Notes: generated from the letters alone by a model not told the origin. A stretch of DNA of 64,000 nucleotides from an uncultured Solirubrobacterales bacterium (GCA_963780815.1 CAWADG010000008.1:131306-195305), one strand, 5' to 3'. Positions 16,459-26,160 are shown, counted from the stretch's first letter. Translations and numbers: made by a program.

Positions 16459-17922
16459 GTGAGCGACCGCGATCCTCTGATCATCGTCTCGAACCGCGGT
16501 CCCGCCCAGTTCGAACGGGACGAGGACGGCGGGCGGGTCGTGCGCAGGGGTGGCGGCGGCCTCGTGACGGCGCTGTCCGGGCTCGTCTCCCACCGCGACG
16601 CGCTCTGGATCGCCTCGGCGATGACCGATGAGGACATCGCCGTCTCCGAAGAGCGCGGCGGCCCGGTCGAGCTCTCGATCGACGGGATCGACTACCGGGT
16701 GCTGATGGTCGGCAGCGACGCGGAAGCCTACGACCGCTTCTACAACGTGATCGCCAACCCGATCCTGTGGTTCATCCAGCACTACCTCTGGGACCTCTCG
16801 AACGCCCCAGATGTCCGCCAGGAGGAGCTCGACGCCTGGGACTTCGGCTACCAGGCGGTCAACAGGGACATCGCCCGCGCGGTCATCGGCCAGATCGAGT
16901 CGCGGGAGCGGCCGCTGGTGATGCTCCATGACTACCACCTCTACACCACCCCCGGGATGATCCGCGACGAGCGCCCGGACGCCTTCCTGCACCACTTCGT
17001 CCACATCCCCTGGTCGCAGCCCGACAGCTGGCGGATCCTGCCCGGCCGGATCCGCGAGGCGATCTTCCGCGGGATGCTGGCCAACGACATCATCGGGTTC
17101 CACACCCACTCCTACTGCATCAACTTCCTCCGCTGCTGCGACGAGCTGCTCGAGGCCGACGTCGACTACGAGGCGGCGGCCGTCCGCCACGACGGAGGCC
17201 AGACGGTGGCGCGCGCGTACCCGCTCTCGATCGACGCCGAGCGGCTGCTCCGGGCCGCCGAGTCGGCGGAGGTGATGGCCGCCGAGCGCGAGGTGCTGGA
17301 GCGCCGCCGCGAGCACCTGATCATCCGGGTCGACCGCGCCGACCTCTCGAAGAACGTCCTGCGCGGCTTCACCGCCTTCGACACCTTCCTCCAGCAGCAC
17401 CCCGAGTTCCGCGAGAAGGTCACCTTCATCGCCCACCTCCAGCCGTCGCGGCAGGACGTGCCCGAGTACGCCGAGTACCTCGAGCGGATCGAGGCGCTGG
17501 TGGCCGTGGTCAACCACCGGCACGGCACCACCGACTGGATGCCGATCGACCTCAAGATCTACGAGAACTTTCCCGAGGCGGTCGCCCGCTACAAGCACTT
17601 CGACCTGCTGATGGTCAACTCGATCTTCGACGGGATGAACCTGGTCGCGAAGGAGGCGCCGGCTGTGAACACCCGCGACGGGGTCCTGATGCTCTCCGAG
17701 AACACCGGCTCGCACGAGGAGCTCTCCGACTGCGCCCTTTCGGTCAACCCATTCGACATCCAGGAGCAGGCCGACGCGATCTACCGAGCGCTGACGATGG
17801 ACCCCGAGGAGCGCCGGGTCCGTGCCCTGCACCTGAAGGAGATCATCTACTCCCGGAACCCGGGCGACTGGGTCGATGCGCAACTCCATGACATCGAGGA
17901 GCTTCGGCAGAGCGTTGCGTGA
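16459..17922 (+). CDS. otsA: alpha,alpha-trehalose-phosphate synthase (GT20)
   Basis: LIIVSNRGP..., GGLVTAL and MLHDYHL blocks of OtsA. GTG start preceded by gaggt. Confidence 0.9.
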   Translation: MSDRDPLIIVSNRGPAQFERDEDGGRVVRRGGGGLVTALSGLVSHRDALWIASAMTDEDIAVSEERGGPVELSIDGIDYRVLMVGSDAEAYDRFYNVIANPILWFIQHYLWDLSNAPDVRQEELDAWDFGYQAVNRDIARAVIGQIESRERPLVMLHDYHLYTTPGMIRDERPDAFLHHFVHIPWSQPDSWRILPGRIREAIFRGMLANDIIGFHTHSYCINFLRCCDELLEADVDYEAAAVRHDGGQTVARAYPLSIDAERLLRAAESAEVMAAEREVLERRREHLIIRVDRADLSKNVLRGFTAFDTFLQQHPEFREKVTFIAHLQPSRQDVPEYAEYLERIEALVAVVNHRHGTTDWMPIDLKIYENFPEAVARYKHFDLLMVNSIFDGMNLVAKEAPAVNTRDGVLMLSENTGSHEELSDCALSVNPFDIQEQADAIYRALTMDPEERRVRALHLKEIIYSRNPGDWVDAQLHDIEELRQSVA

Positions 17923-17961
17923 TGAGGGGGCGAGGCTTCGATGGCATGGGCTTGACCGAGC

Positions 17962-18480
17962 GTGTCGCTCCGGGTTCGTTGGTCATCTGCTGCGAAGGGC
18001 GTCGCGGCGGTTCTCGCCGTGGTCGCAGCTCTGCAGCTGCTGCCGGGGCTGCTGACACCCCCGGACCCGCCGCCACTGCCCCCAGACGTCGGCCTGATCG
18101 GAGTCCACGCCCCGCAACCGAAGCCTTCTCGGGAGCGGAAGCTCGGGCGGGTGGCGCCGGGGGGCTCGGTCCGGCGCAGCGCGAAGTCTGCGGAGGGGGA
18201 GGCCCGGGCCCACCCCCCGAATCGGCCCTCTGCCCGAAGCAGAGCGGAGCACAAGTCCGGGCCCACCCCCCGACGACAGGACCCGCCCGGCCGACGAAGG
18301 TCGGAGCGCAAGCGGAGCCCCCAACCCGGGCGCCAGGACCCGCCCGCCACCCCGCCCACGATCCCTGAACCTGTGGCGCCGCCGCCCGCACCTCCGCCGG
18401 CGGCGGCAGAACCGGCATCGGAAGCGCCCGTGGCCCCCGAGCCGCCCGACGACGGGTCGATGGAGTTCGCGCCGCGCTGA
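17962..18480 (+). CDS. proline-rich membrane-anchored hypothetical protein
   Basis: One N-terminal TM (VAAVLAVVAALQLLPGLL) followed by Pro/Arg-rich low complexity. It ends 2 nt before rpsF. Coding status is uncertain. Confidence 0.35.
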   Translation: MSLRVRWSSAAKGVAAVLAVVAALQLLPGLLTPPDPPPLPPDVGLIGVHAPQPKPSRERKLGRVAPGGSVRRSAKSAEGEARAHPPNRPSARSRAEHKSGPTPRRQDPPGRRRSERKRSPQPGRQDPPATPPTIPEPVAPPPAPPPAAAEPASEAPVAPEPPDDGSMEFAPR

Positions 18481-18482
18481 GG

Positions 18483-19037
18483 ATGGTCGCTGGCTATAGT
18501 CCATCGCCGCTTTTGGCAGCAACACGCGAATACGAGCTGGTTCTGATGCTGGACGCCGGGCAGGACTCCCCATCGCGCGACGCGCTCGCGCAGCAGGCGC
18601 GCGCGCAGATCGAGGGTGGCGGGACGCTGAAGCACGAGAACAACTGGGGCCTGCGCAAGCTTGCCTACGAGATCGCCCAGCGGACCGAGGCCGACTACCG
18701 CTGGTTCCGGTTCGAGGCAAATCCCGATCTGCTCCAGGAGCTCGATCACAACCTCAAGATCACCGACGGCGTCCTCCGATTCCGGATCTTCAAAGTCGAC
18801 CCCGATGCCCCGGTGGTGGTCCCGCCGGCGACCGCCGCACCGGGGCCGGAGTCATCCCGCGAGCGGCCCCCAGCGCCGCCCCGTTCGGCGCCGCAGCCTG
18901 CCGCCGAGCCCGCTGCCGCGGAGCCGGCCGCGGAGCCCGCTGCCGCGGAGCCGGCGCCCGCCGCCGAGCCGGAGCCGGAGGCCGACGCCTCCCCTGAGGC
19001 GACGGCACCAGAGGCCGCCGCCGACGGCGCCGAGTAG
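18483..19037 (+). CDS. rpsF: 30S ribosomal protein S6 with long Ala/Pro/Glu-rich C-terminal extension
   Basis: S6 core YELVLMLD...NWGLRKLAYEI...YRWFRFEA...VLRFRIFKV. An alternative TTG start lies at 18513. Confidence 0.9.
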   Translation: MVAGYSPSPLLAATREYELVLMLDAGQDSPSRDALAQQARAQIEGGGTLKHENNWGLRKLAYEIAQRTEADYRWFRFEANPDLLQELDHNLKITDGVLRFRIFKVDPDAPVVVPPATAAPGPESSRERPPAPPRSAPQPAAEPAAAEPAAEPAAAEPAPAAEPEPEADASPEATAPEAAADGAE

Positions 19038-19132
19038 GCCGTCCCCGCTCTTTGCGCGAATCGCCCTGCCCGGGGGAGAGCGGCCGCCGTCCGCCCTCTT
19101 AGACTGGGATCCATACAAGCGAATATCGAGGA

Positions 19133-19615
19133 GTGAGAGTCTTGGCAGCTTCGAATATCAACGTGGTCGTAATCACGGGCAACCTGACCCGCGATCCCGA
19201 GCTCCGCAGCACCGGAGGCGGGACCTCGGTCTGCGAGCTGCGGGTCGCCGTCAACAGCCGCCGCAAGAACGGTCAGACGGGCGAATGGGAGGACAAGCCC
19301 AACTACTTCGACGTCACAGTCTGGGGAGCGCAGGGCGAGAACTGCGCCAACTACCTCTCGAAGGGGCGGCCGGTCGCCGTCGAAGGCCGCCTCGACTGGC
19401 GCGAGTGGGAGGCCAAGGACGGGAGCGGGAAACGGCAGGCGGTCAGCATCGTCGCCAACTCGGTCCAGTTCCTCGGCTCGCGCGACGGCTCGGGGGGCGG
19501 CAACGGCAACGGCTTCACGCCGAGCAGCGACGTCCCGGCCGACACCTCCGACTACGAGGGAGCGCCGGCCGGCGGCGGCGGCGGGGGCGGCGCCGACGAC
19601 GACATACCTTTCTGA
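19133..19615 (+). CDS. ssb: single-stranded DNA-binding protein
   Basis: OB-fold block VITGNLTRDPELR...FDVTVWG, a Gly-rich linker and the acidic tip DDDIPF. Confidence 0.95.
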   Translation: MRVLAASNINVVVITGNLTRDPELRSTGGGTSVCELRVAVNSRRKNGQTGEWEDKPNYFDVTVWGAQGENCANYLSKGRPVAVEGRLDWREWEAKDGSGKRQAVSIVANSVQFLGSRDGSGGGNGNGFTPSSDVPADTSDYEGAPAGGGGGGGADDDIPF

Positions 19616-19668
19616 GCGCTCTCCGAGCGGCGGCGCCAACCACGGGTCTGTAGCATCCCGGGCCGCAA

Positions 19669-19935
19669 ATGGCTCGGACAAGAGAGACAGGACAGGCTGG
19701 GCCGCGCCGCGGAAGGCGCGGAATGGAGCGCGTTCGGCCGCGCAAATACACGCGGATCAACTCCGCCGCGGTCGACTACAAGGACCTCAACCTGCTGCGC
19801 CGGTTCCTCTCCGACAAGGGGAAGACCAGGGGCCGGCGGGTCACCGGCCTCTCCCGCAAGCACCAGCGCCAGCTCTCGGTCGCGGTCAAGCGGGCGCGCG
19901 AGATCGCGCTCCTGCCGTACGTCGGGGAGCGCTGA
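19669..19935 (+). CDS. rpsR: 30S ribosomal protein S18
   Basis: [50 protein letters not shown]. Confidence 0.95.
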   Translation: MARTRETGQAGPRRGRRGMERVRPRKYTRINSAAVDYKDLNLLRRFLSDKGKTRGRRVTGLSRKHQRQLSVAVKRAREIALLPYVGER

Positions 19936-19938
19936 GGA

Positions 19939-20391
19939 ATGCCGCAGGCGATCCTCCTCGAGGACGTCGAGAGCCTTGGCCAGCGCGGTGAGCCGGTCGA
20001 CGTGTCCCCCGGCTACCTGCGCAACTTCCTGATCCCCCGCAAGCTCGCGATTCCGGCCACCCCCGGCGCGCTCGAGGAGGCCCAGCGCCGCCAGGCGGCG
20101 GCCGAAAAGGCACAACAGGCCCGCGCCGAGCGCGAAGAGCGGGCCGCCTCGCTGCTCTCGAAGACCGTGCTCACGATCCACCAGCGGGCCGGCGAGGACG
20201 GCAAGCTGTTCGGCTCGGTCGGTCCGAAAGAGATCGTCGACGCGATCGCCGAGGCGCGCAACCTGCGCTTCGACCGCCACCAGGTCAAGCTCGAGCAGCC
20301 GATCCGGGAGATCGGCACCCACATGGTCGAGATCGAGCTCGCCGACGGCTCGGTGGCCTCGGTCAAGACGATCGTCGCCGAGGAGTCCTAG
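19939..20391 (+). CDS. rplI: 50S ribosomal protein L9
   Basis: ILLEDVESLGQRGEPVDVSPGYLRNFLIPRKLA. Confidence 0.95.
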   Translation: MPQAILLEDVESLGQRGEPVDVSPGYLRNFLIPRKLAIPATPGALEEAQRRQAAAEKAQQARAEREERAASLLSKTVLTIHQRAGEDGKLFGSVGPKEIVDAIAEARNLRFDRHQVKLEQPIREIGTHMVEIELADGSVASVKTIVAEES

Positions 20392-20496
20392 CGAGCCCAT
20401 GCGGAGGGAGCGTGCATATCTGGCTCAGCGCGACCGGAGCATGGGCGAAGCCCATCACTAGAGCCCTGCCGCCGGATGGCGGCCTAGATTGAGCCT

Positions 20497-21213
20497 GTGG
20501 GCAAGCGCCGGCTCCCGACTCGCATAACTCGCCGCGCCCGGGCGAGGACGCGCCTCGACTGGGCCCGCTCGGAGCGGGCGACCCTCGGCCTCGCGGCGGT
20601 CGCCCTGGGCGGCGCCGCGGCGGTCGTCGCGAGCCAGTTCGGGCGGATGCTCAACCGCCGCTCGCGCGCGCCCGAGGATGGCGAGAGCCTGGTCGAGGCG
20701 GCGCCGGCGGCCGCGCTCGACACGGTCGGGGTCGCGGTCACCGGCTACGTCGAGGCGCCACGCAGCGAAACGATCCTCTTCAACCTCCTCGCCGGGTTCC
20801 TCGGCTCCTTCGCGCTGATCCGGCTCTCGACCCTCGGCGTGCGCAGGAGGTGGCGCCCGTTCCGCGACATCCGTCTCGGCGACCGCCACATCCACCACTT
20901 CGTCCCCGGCATCGTCCTCGCCTTCGGCTCGGGGACGGTCGCGATGCTGACCGAGGACGAGGCGCTCGAGGAGGCCCTCGCGATCCCGATGGGCGCGGGG
21001 ATGGGCCTGACCTTCGATGAGGCCGCGCTGCTGCTCGACCTCCGCGACGTCTACTGGACACGGCAGGGCCTGCTGAGCGTCCAGCTCAGCCTCGGCGCGA
21101 CCGCGATCCTCAGCATCGCGATCCTCACCCTGCGGATGCTGCGGCGCGGCGAGCGCCGCCAGGAGATCGCCGGTCAGATCCCGCTGCCGGCGGCCGCCAC
21201 GGTTCCCGGCTGA
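20497..21213 (+). CDS. integral membrane hypothetical protein
   Basis: 238 aa with a GTG start and several TM helices (HIHHFVPGIVLAFGSG). It lies between rplI and dnaB. Confidence 0.6.
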   Translation: MGKRRLPTRITRRARARTRLDWARSERATLGLAAVALGGAAAVVASQFGRMLNRRSRAPEDGESLVEAAPAAALDTVGVAVTGYVEAPRSETILFNLLAGFLGSFALIRLSTLGVRRRWRPFRDIRLGDRHIHHFVPGIVLAFGSGTVAMLTEDEALEEALAIPMGAGMGLTFDEAALLLDLRDVYWTRQGLLSVQLSLGATAILSIAILTLRMLRRGERRQEIAGQIPLPAAATVPG

Positions 21214-21346
21214 GCCGACCGGGATTCTTTTTCCGCCGTTTGCGAAATGGCCGCTACCCGGCTCCCGCCGCCTCTGATTTCCTAGGACGGGGGAAGCGAA
21301 CGGGGGTGAATTCTGCCGACCGGGGCTCTCCCTTAACTAGACCTCG

Positions 21347-24040
21347 ATGCCGCAGCCGCCCACAGCCCACGTCCCGCCGCAGAACATCGAGGCCGAGGAA
21401 TCCGTGCTCGGGGCGATGCTCGTCTCCGAGCCCGCCCTGAACCGCGTCTTCGTCGACGTCAAGCTGACCGCCGAGGACTTCTACCTCGACAAGCACGCGG
21501 TCATCTTCAGCTGCATCCACGACCTCCATGCGGCGTCGAAGCCGGTCGACGAGCTCAGCGTCAGCGAGGGCCTGGTCCAGCGCAACGAGATCGACGCGGC
21601 CGGAGGCAAGCACTACGTCTCCGAGCTGGCGGCGAAGGTTCCGGCCGCCGGCAACGCCCGCCACTACGCCGAGATCGTCCAGCAGAACTCGCTGCTGCGA
21701 CGGCTGCTCGGCGCCGGGCAGGAGATCCAGTCGTGGGTCAACGAGCGCGACGGCGAACCGCGCGAGCTCTCCGAGCGGGCCGAGAAGCTGCTGTTCGAAG
21801 TCGCCCACAAAGAGCAGGCCGGCGACTTCCGGATGCTCTCCGAGATCCTCCACGACGAGGTCGACCGGCTCGAGAAGCTCTCGACCGGAGAGGCCGAACT
21901 GACCGGAACCCCGTCCGGGTTCAAGGACATCGACGCGATCACCGGCGGCTTCCAACCCGGCAACCTGATCATCGTCGCCGCGCGGCCGGCCATGGGAAAG
22001 TGCCTCGCTGCCCAGAGCCTCGTCTACGACCCACACACGGGCGCGAGACGCACGGCGGCCGATTTGTATCGGGCGCACCGGCGAGGGGAGGACGTCTGGA
22101 TAGCCTCGCTCGGTCCCGATCTGAAGATGCGGACCGCGAAGGCCGGGGCCGTCGCGGCCAATGGCAGAAAGCGGGTTTACCGCCTGAACACACGACTCGG
22201 CAGAACGGTCGAGGCCACCGCCAATCATCCGCTGCTGACAAGCTCCGGGTGGGAGGAGCTCGGAAACATCTCGGCCGGGGCTCGGGTCGCAGTGCCTCGC
22301 AAGCTCCCGCAGCCCGACAACTCGATCGAGCTTCCGGAACACGAGATTGTCCTGATCGCGGCCCTGATCGCCGACGGTGCGCTGACTCAGCGCACTCCGC
22401 GATTCTGCTTCGGGGCCGGCTCGGGAATTCTCGCGACGGTGGAGACAGCAGTTGCAGCGTACGGGGGCCGAATCCGCGTCGGTGGAGCCAAGGAGCACGG
22501 CAATGGCCTGATCAGCCTTGGTCGTGGGGCCACGTCCAATCCGGTCACCGAGATGCTGAAGCGCCACGGGCTGATGGGTCTGCGCTCTGCCGAGAAGTTC
22601 GTTCCCGACGCGATCTTCGGACTCGACGAGGAGCGGATCGCTCGCTTCCTCGGCGTCTTGTATGCCTGCGACGGCCACATCTATTGCAGCGACCGGCTTG
22701 CTCAGATCGGCTACTCGACGATCAGCGAGAGGCTCGCTCGGGATGTCCAGCACCTGCTGCTGCGCCTCGGGATCGTGGCGACGATCCGGACCCTCAAGCG
22801 CTCGGTCTACGAGGGCACGGAGAAGGTAGCTCGCGAGGTGAGGATCACCTCGCAGGAGAGCCTGCGCAGATTTTGCGAGACGGTCCCCGTCCCCGGCAAG
22901 GAATCGCGACAAGAGCAGGTACTGGCGCGCCTCGAGTCGACCCCGCGATCGACGAACACCGACACGATTCCGGCTGAGATCTGGGAGGACGTCCTGCTCG
23001 CCAAGGGCGAGCGCTCATGGGCGGATGTCAGCTCCGACACCGGCCGTCCCCGCACCCACAACTGGCACGTCGGGAAGCGGGATCCCTCTCGCGGACTGGT
23101 CGCAGAGCTTGCAGCTGCCACCAGGTCCCCGACGCTGGAGGAGCTGGCCGATTCCGACATCTGGTGGGACGAGGTCGACTCGGTCGAGTACGTCGGCGTC
23201 GAAGAGACCTACGACCTCGACGTACCGGGCTTGAGGAATTTCGTCGCCGACGATGTGATCGTCCACAACAGCGCGCTCGTCGCCAACATCGCCGAGAACG
23301 TCGCGGTGAAGCAAGGCATGCCCGTCGCATTCTTCTCGCTCGAGATGTCCGAGGTCGAGCTGGCGCAGCGGTTCATCGCCTGCCGGGCCCGGATCTCGGG
23401 CGACAAGCTGCGCAAGGGACAGGTCGCGCAGAAGGACTGGCCGCAGGTGGTCAGGGCGTGCAACGAACTCGAGGAGGCGCCGCTCTGGTTCGACGACTCC
23501 TCCGACCTCGGGATCCTCGACCTGCGGGCGAAAGCGCGGCGGCTGCACGCCCAGGAGCAGGACAAGGGCGGGCTCGGCCTGGTGATCGTCGACTACATCC
23601 AGCTGATGCGGGCCGACGACCACCGCGCGAACAGGGTCGAGCAGGTCGGGCAGATGAGCCGCGGCCTGAAGATCCTCGCCCGCGAGCTCGAGGTGCCGGT
23701 GCTGGCGATCTCGCAGCTCTCGCGGGCACCGGAGCAGCGCCACCCGCCGAAGCCGATGCTCTCCGACCTGAGGGAGAGCGGAAACCTCGAGCAGGACAGC
23801 GACCTCGTCGCCTTCCTGTTTCGCGAGGACTACTACCGCGATTCCGAGGACGAGCCGGACGGGCTCGCCGACGTGATCATCGCCAAGCATCGCAACGGCC
23901 CGATCGGGACCAGGAAGCTGGTCTTCCTCGACCGCTTCCCGAAGTTCGCCGACCACTCCGGCAAGGATCGGCCAATCGAGCAGCCCGCCGGCGAGGGACC
24001 GCCGCTCGACGACGTCGCCGCCACGGGGCCCGACTTCTGA
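21347..24040 (+). CDS. dnaB: replicative DNA helicase DnaB, interrupted by an intein
   Basis: N-terminus PPQNIEAEESVLGAML. The Walker A motif ARPAMGK is split from SALVANIAEN by a 423-aa insertion. The C-terminal RecA-like blocks are intact (VIVDYIQLM, ISQLSR). The product is 897 aa, or 474 aa without the intein. Confidence 0.97.
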   Translation: MPQPPTAHVPPQNIEAEESVLGAMLVSEPALNRVFVDVKLTAEDFYLDKHAVIFSCIHDLHAASKPVDELSVSEGLVQRNEIDAAGGKHYVSELAAKVPAAGNARHYAEIVQQNSLLRRLLGAGQEIQSWVNERDGEPRELSERAEKLLFEVAHKEQAGDFRMLSEILHDEVDRLEKLSTGEAELTGTPSGFKDIDAITGGFQPGNLIIVAARPAMGKCLAAQSLVYDPHTGARRTAADLYRAHRRGEDVWIASLGPDLKMRTAKAGAVAANGRKRVYRLNTRLGRTVEATANHPLLTSSGWEELGNISAGARVAVPRKLPQPDNSIELPEHEIVLIAALIADGALTQRTPRFCFGAGSGILATVETAVAAYGGRIRVGGAKEHGNGLISLGRGATSNPVTEMLKRHGLMGLRSAEKFVPDAIFGLDEERIARFLGVLYACDGHIYCSDRLAQIGYSTISERLARDVQHLLLRLGIVATIRTLKRSVYEGTEKVAREVRITSQESLRRFCETVPVPGKESRQEQVLARLESTPRSTNTDTIPAEIWEDVLLAKGERSWADVSSDTGRPRTHNWHVGKRDPSRGLVAELAAATRSPTLEELADSDIWWDEVDSVEYVGVEETYDLDVPGLRNFVADDVIVHNSALVANIAENVAVKQGMPVAFFSLEMSEVELAQRFIACRARISGDKLRKGQVAQKDWPQVVRACNELEEAPLWFDDSSDLGILDLRAKARRLHAQEQDKGGLGLVIVDYIQLMRADDHRANRVEQVGQMSRGLKILARELEVPVLAISQLSRAPEQRHPPKPMLSDLRESGNLEQDSDLVAFLFREDYYRDSEDEPDGLADVIIAKHRNGPIGTRKLVFLDRFPKFADHSGKDRPIEQPAGEGPPLDDVAATGPDF
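22001..23269 (+). mobile_element. DnaB P-loop intein with LAGLIDADG homing-endonuclease domain (423 aa)
   Basis: The intein begins at Cys1 (GK/CLAAQSLV). Block B is TANHPLLT. LAGLIDADG motifs are LIAALIADGAL and FLGVLYACDGHI. The C-terminal splice junction is VIVHN/S. Confidence 0.9.
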
Positions 24041-24762
24041 TGGCGACACCCCGAACCGAGCCGTTCGCGGCCTGCCCGCTCGGCGTCTGCGACGGGTCGG
24101 GCTGGATCCTCGGCCCCGAGGACGTCGCCCGGCCCTGCGAGTGCCGCGAGCAGCGCCTGCGCCGGGGCCGCAGCCGCGGCGTCGCCTCGGTGATTCCGCC
24201 CCGCTACCGCGGCGTCTCCTTCGATCGCCCCCCGGTCAGCGACATGGAGCGCGACCTGGCGACGCGGGCGGCGGTCGGCGAGATCCGCGCCTACGTCGAT
24301 GAGCTCGACGAGCGGCTCGCCGGCGGCCGCGGGCTGTGGCTGTTCGGCGACACCGGAACCGGCAAGACGACGCTGGCGATGCTGGTCTCGAAGTCCGCGA
24401 TCGAGGCCGGCCGCTCGGTCGCGATCTACTCGCTGCCGAAGCTGCTGGCGAGGATCCGCCGCACCTTCGAGTCCGAGCCGGGCGGCGAGTCCTACCTCTC
24501 GTTCTTCGAGCGGCTGACCTCGGTCGACCTCCTCCACATCGACGATCTCGGCGCCGAGAAGCGCTCCGACTGGGTGCTGGAGCAGCTCTACGCGCTGATC
24601 AACGAGCGCTACGAGGCCCAACGCTCGGTCCTCGTCACGACCAACCTCCCCCACCAGGACCTCGAGGCCCAGATCGGCGCTCGGACCGTTTCGCGGCTGA
24701 CCCAGATCTGTGACGAGGTCCCGCTCTTCGGCGACGACCGACGCTACGGCAAAGTTGCCTGA
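24040..24762 (+). CDS. DnaC/IstB-like AAA+ ATPase (putative helicase loader) with N-terminal Cys cluster
   Basis: Walker A GDTGTGKTTLA and Walker B LLHIDDLG. INERY...VLVTTNL matches the IstB/DnaC family. N-terminal C-x5-C...C-x-C cluster. TGATG overlap with the dnaB stop. Confidence 0.85.
   Translation: MATPRTEPFAACPLGVCDGSGWILGPEDVARPCECREQRLRRGRSRGVASVIPPRYRGVSFDRPPVSDMERDLATRAAVGEIRAYVDELDERLAGGRGLWLFGDTGTGKTTLAMLVSKSAIEAGRSVAIYSLPKLLARIRRTFESEPGGESYLSFFERLTSVDLLHIDDLGAEKRSDWVLEQLYALINERYEAQRSVLVTTNLPHQDLEAQIGARTVSRLTQICDEVPLFGDDRRYGKVA

Positions 24763-26160
<1,398 letters not shown>

Noticed and set aside
16297-17889. 530-aa minus-strand ORF opposite otsA.
   Set aside because: It is antisense to a clear GT20 OtsA and has low-complexity R/V/D/G composition with no motifs.
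18850-19010. Possible CRISPR-like or other non-coding tandem repeats: regularly spaced gccgcggagcc units here, and similar GC-rich periodicities elsewhere.
   Set aside because: These repeats lie inside ORFs and encode low-complexity Ala/Pro/Glu tails. There are no spacer-repeat architecture, leader or cas genes. No CRISPR array is present in the window.
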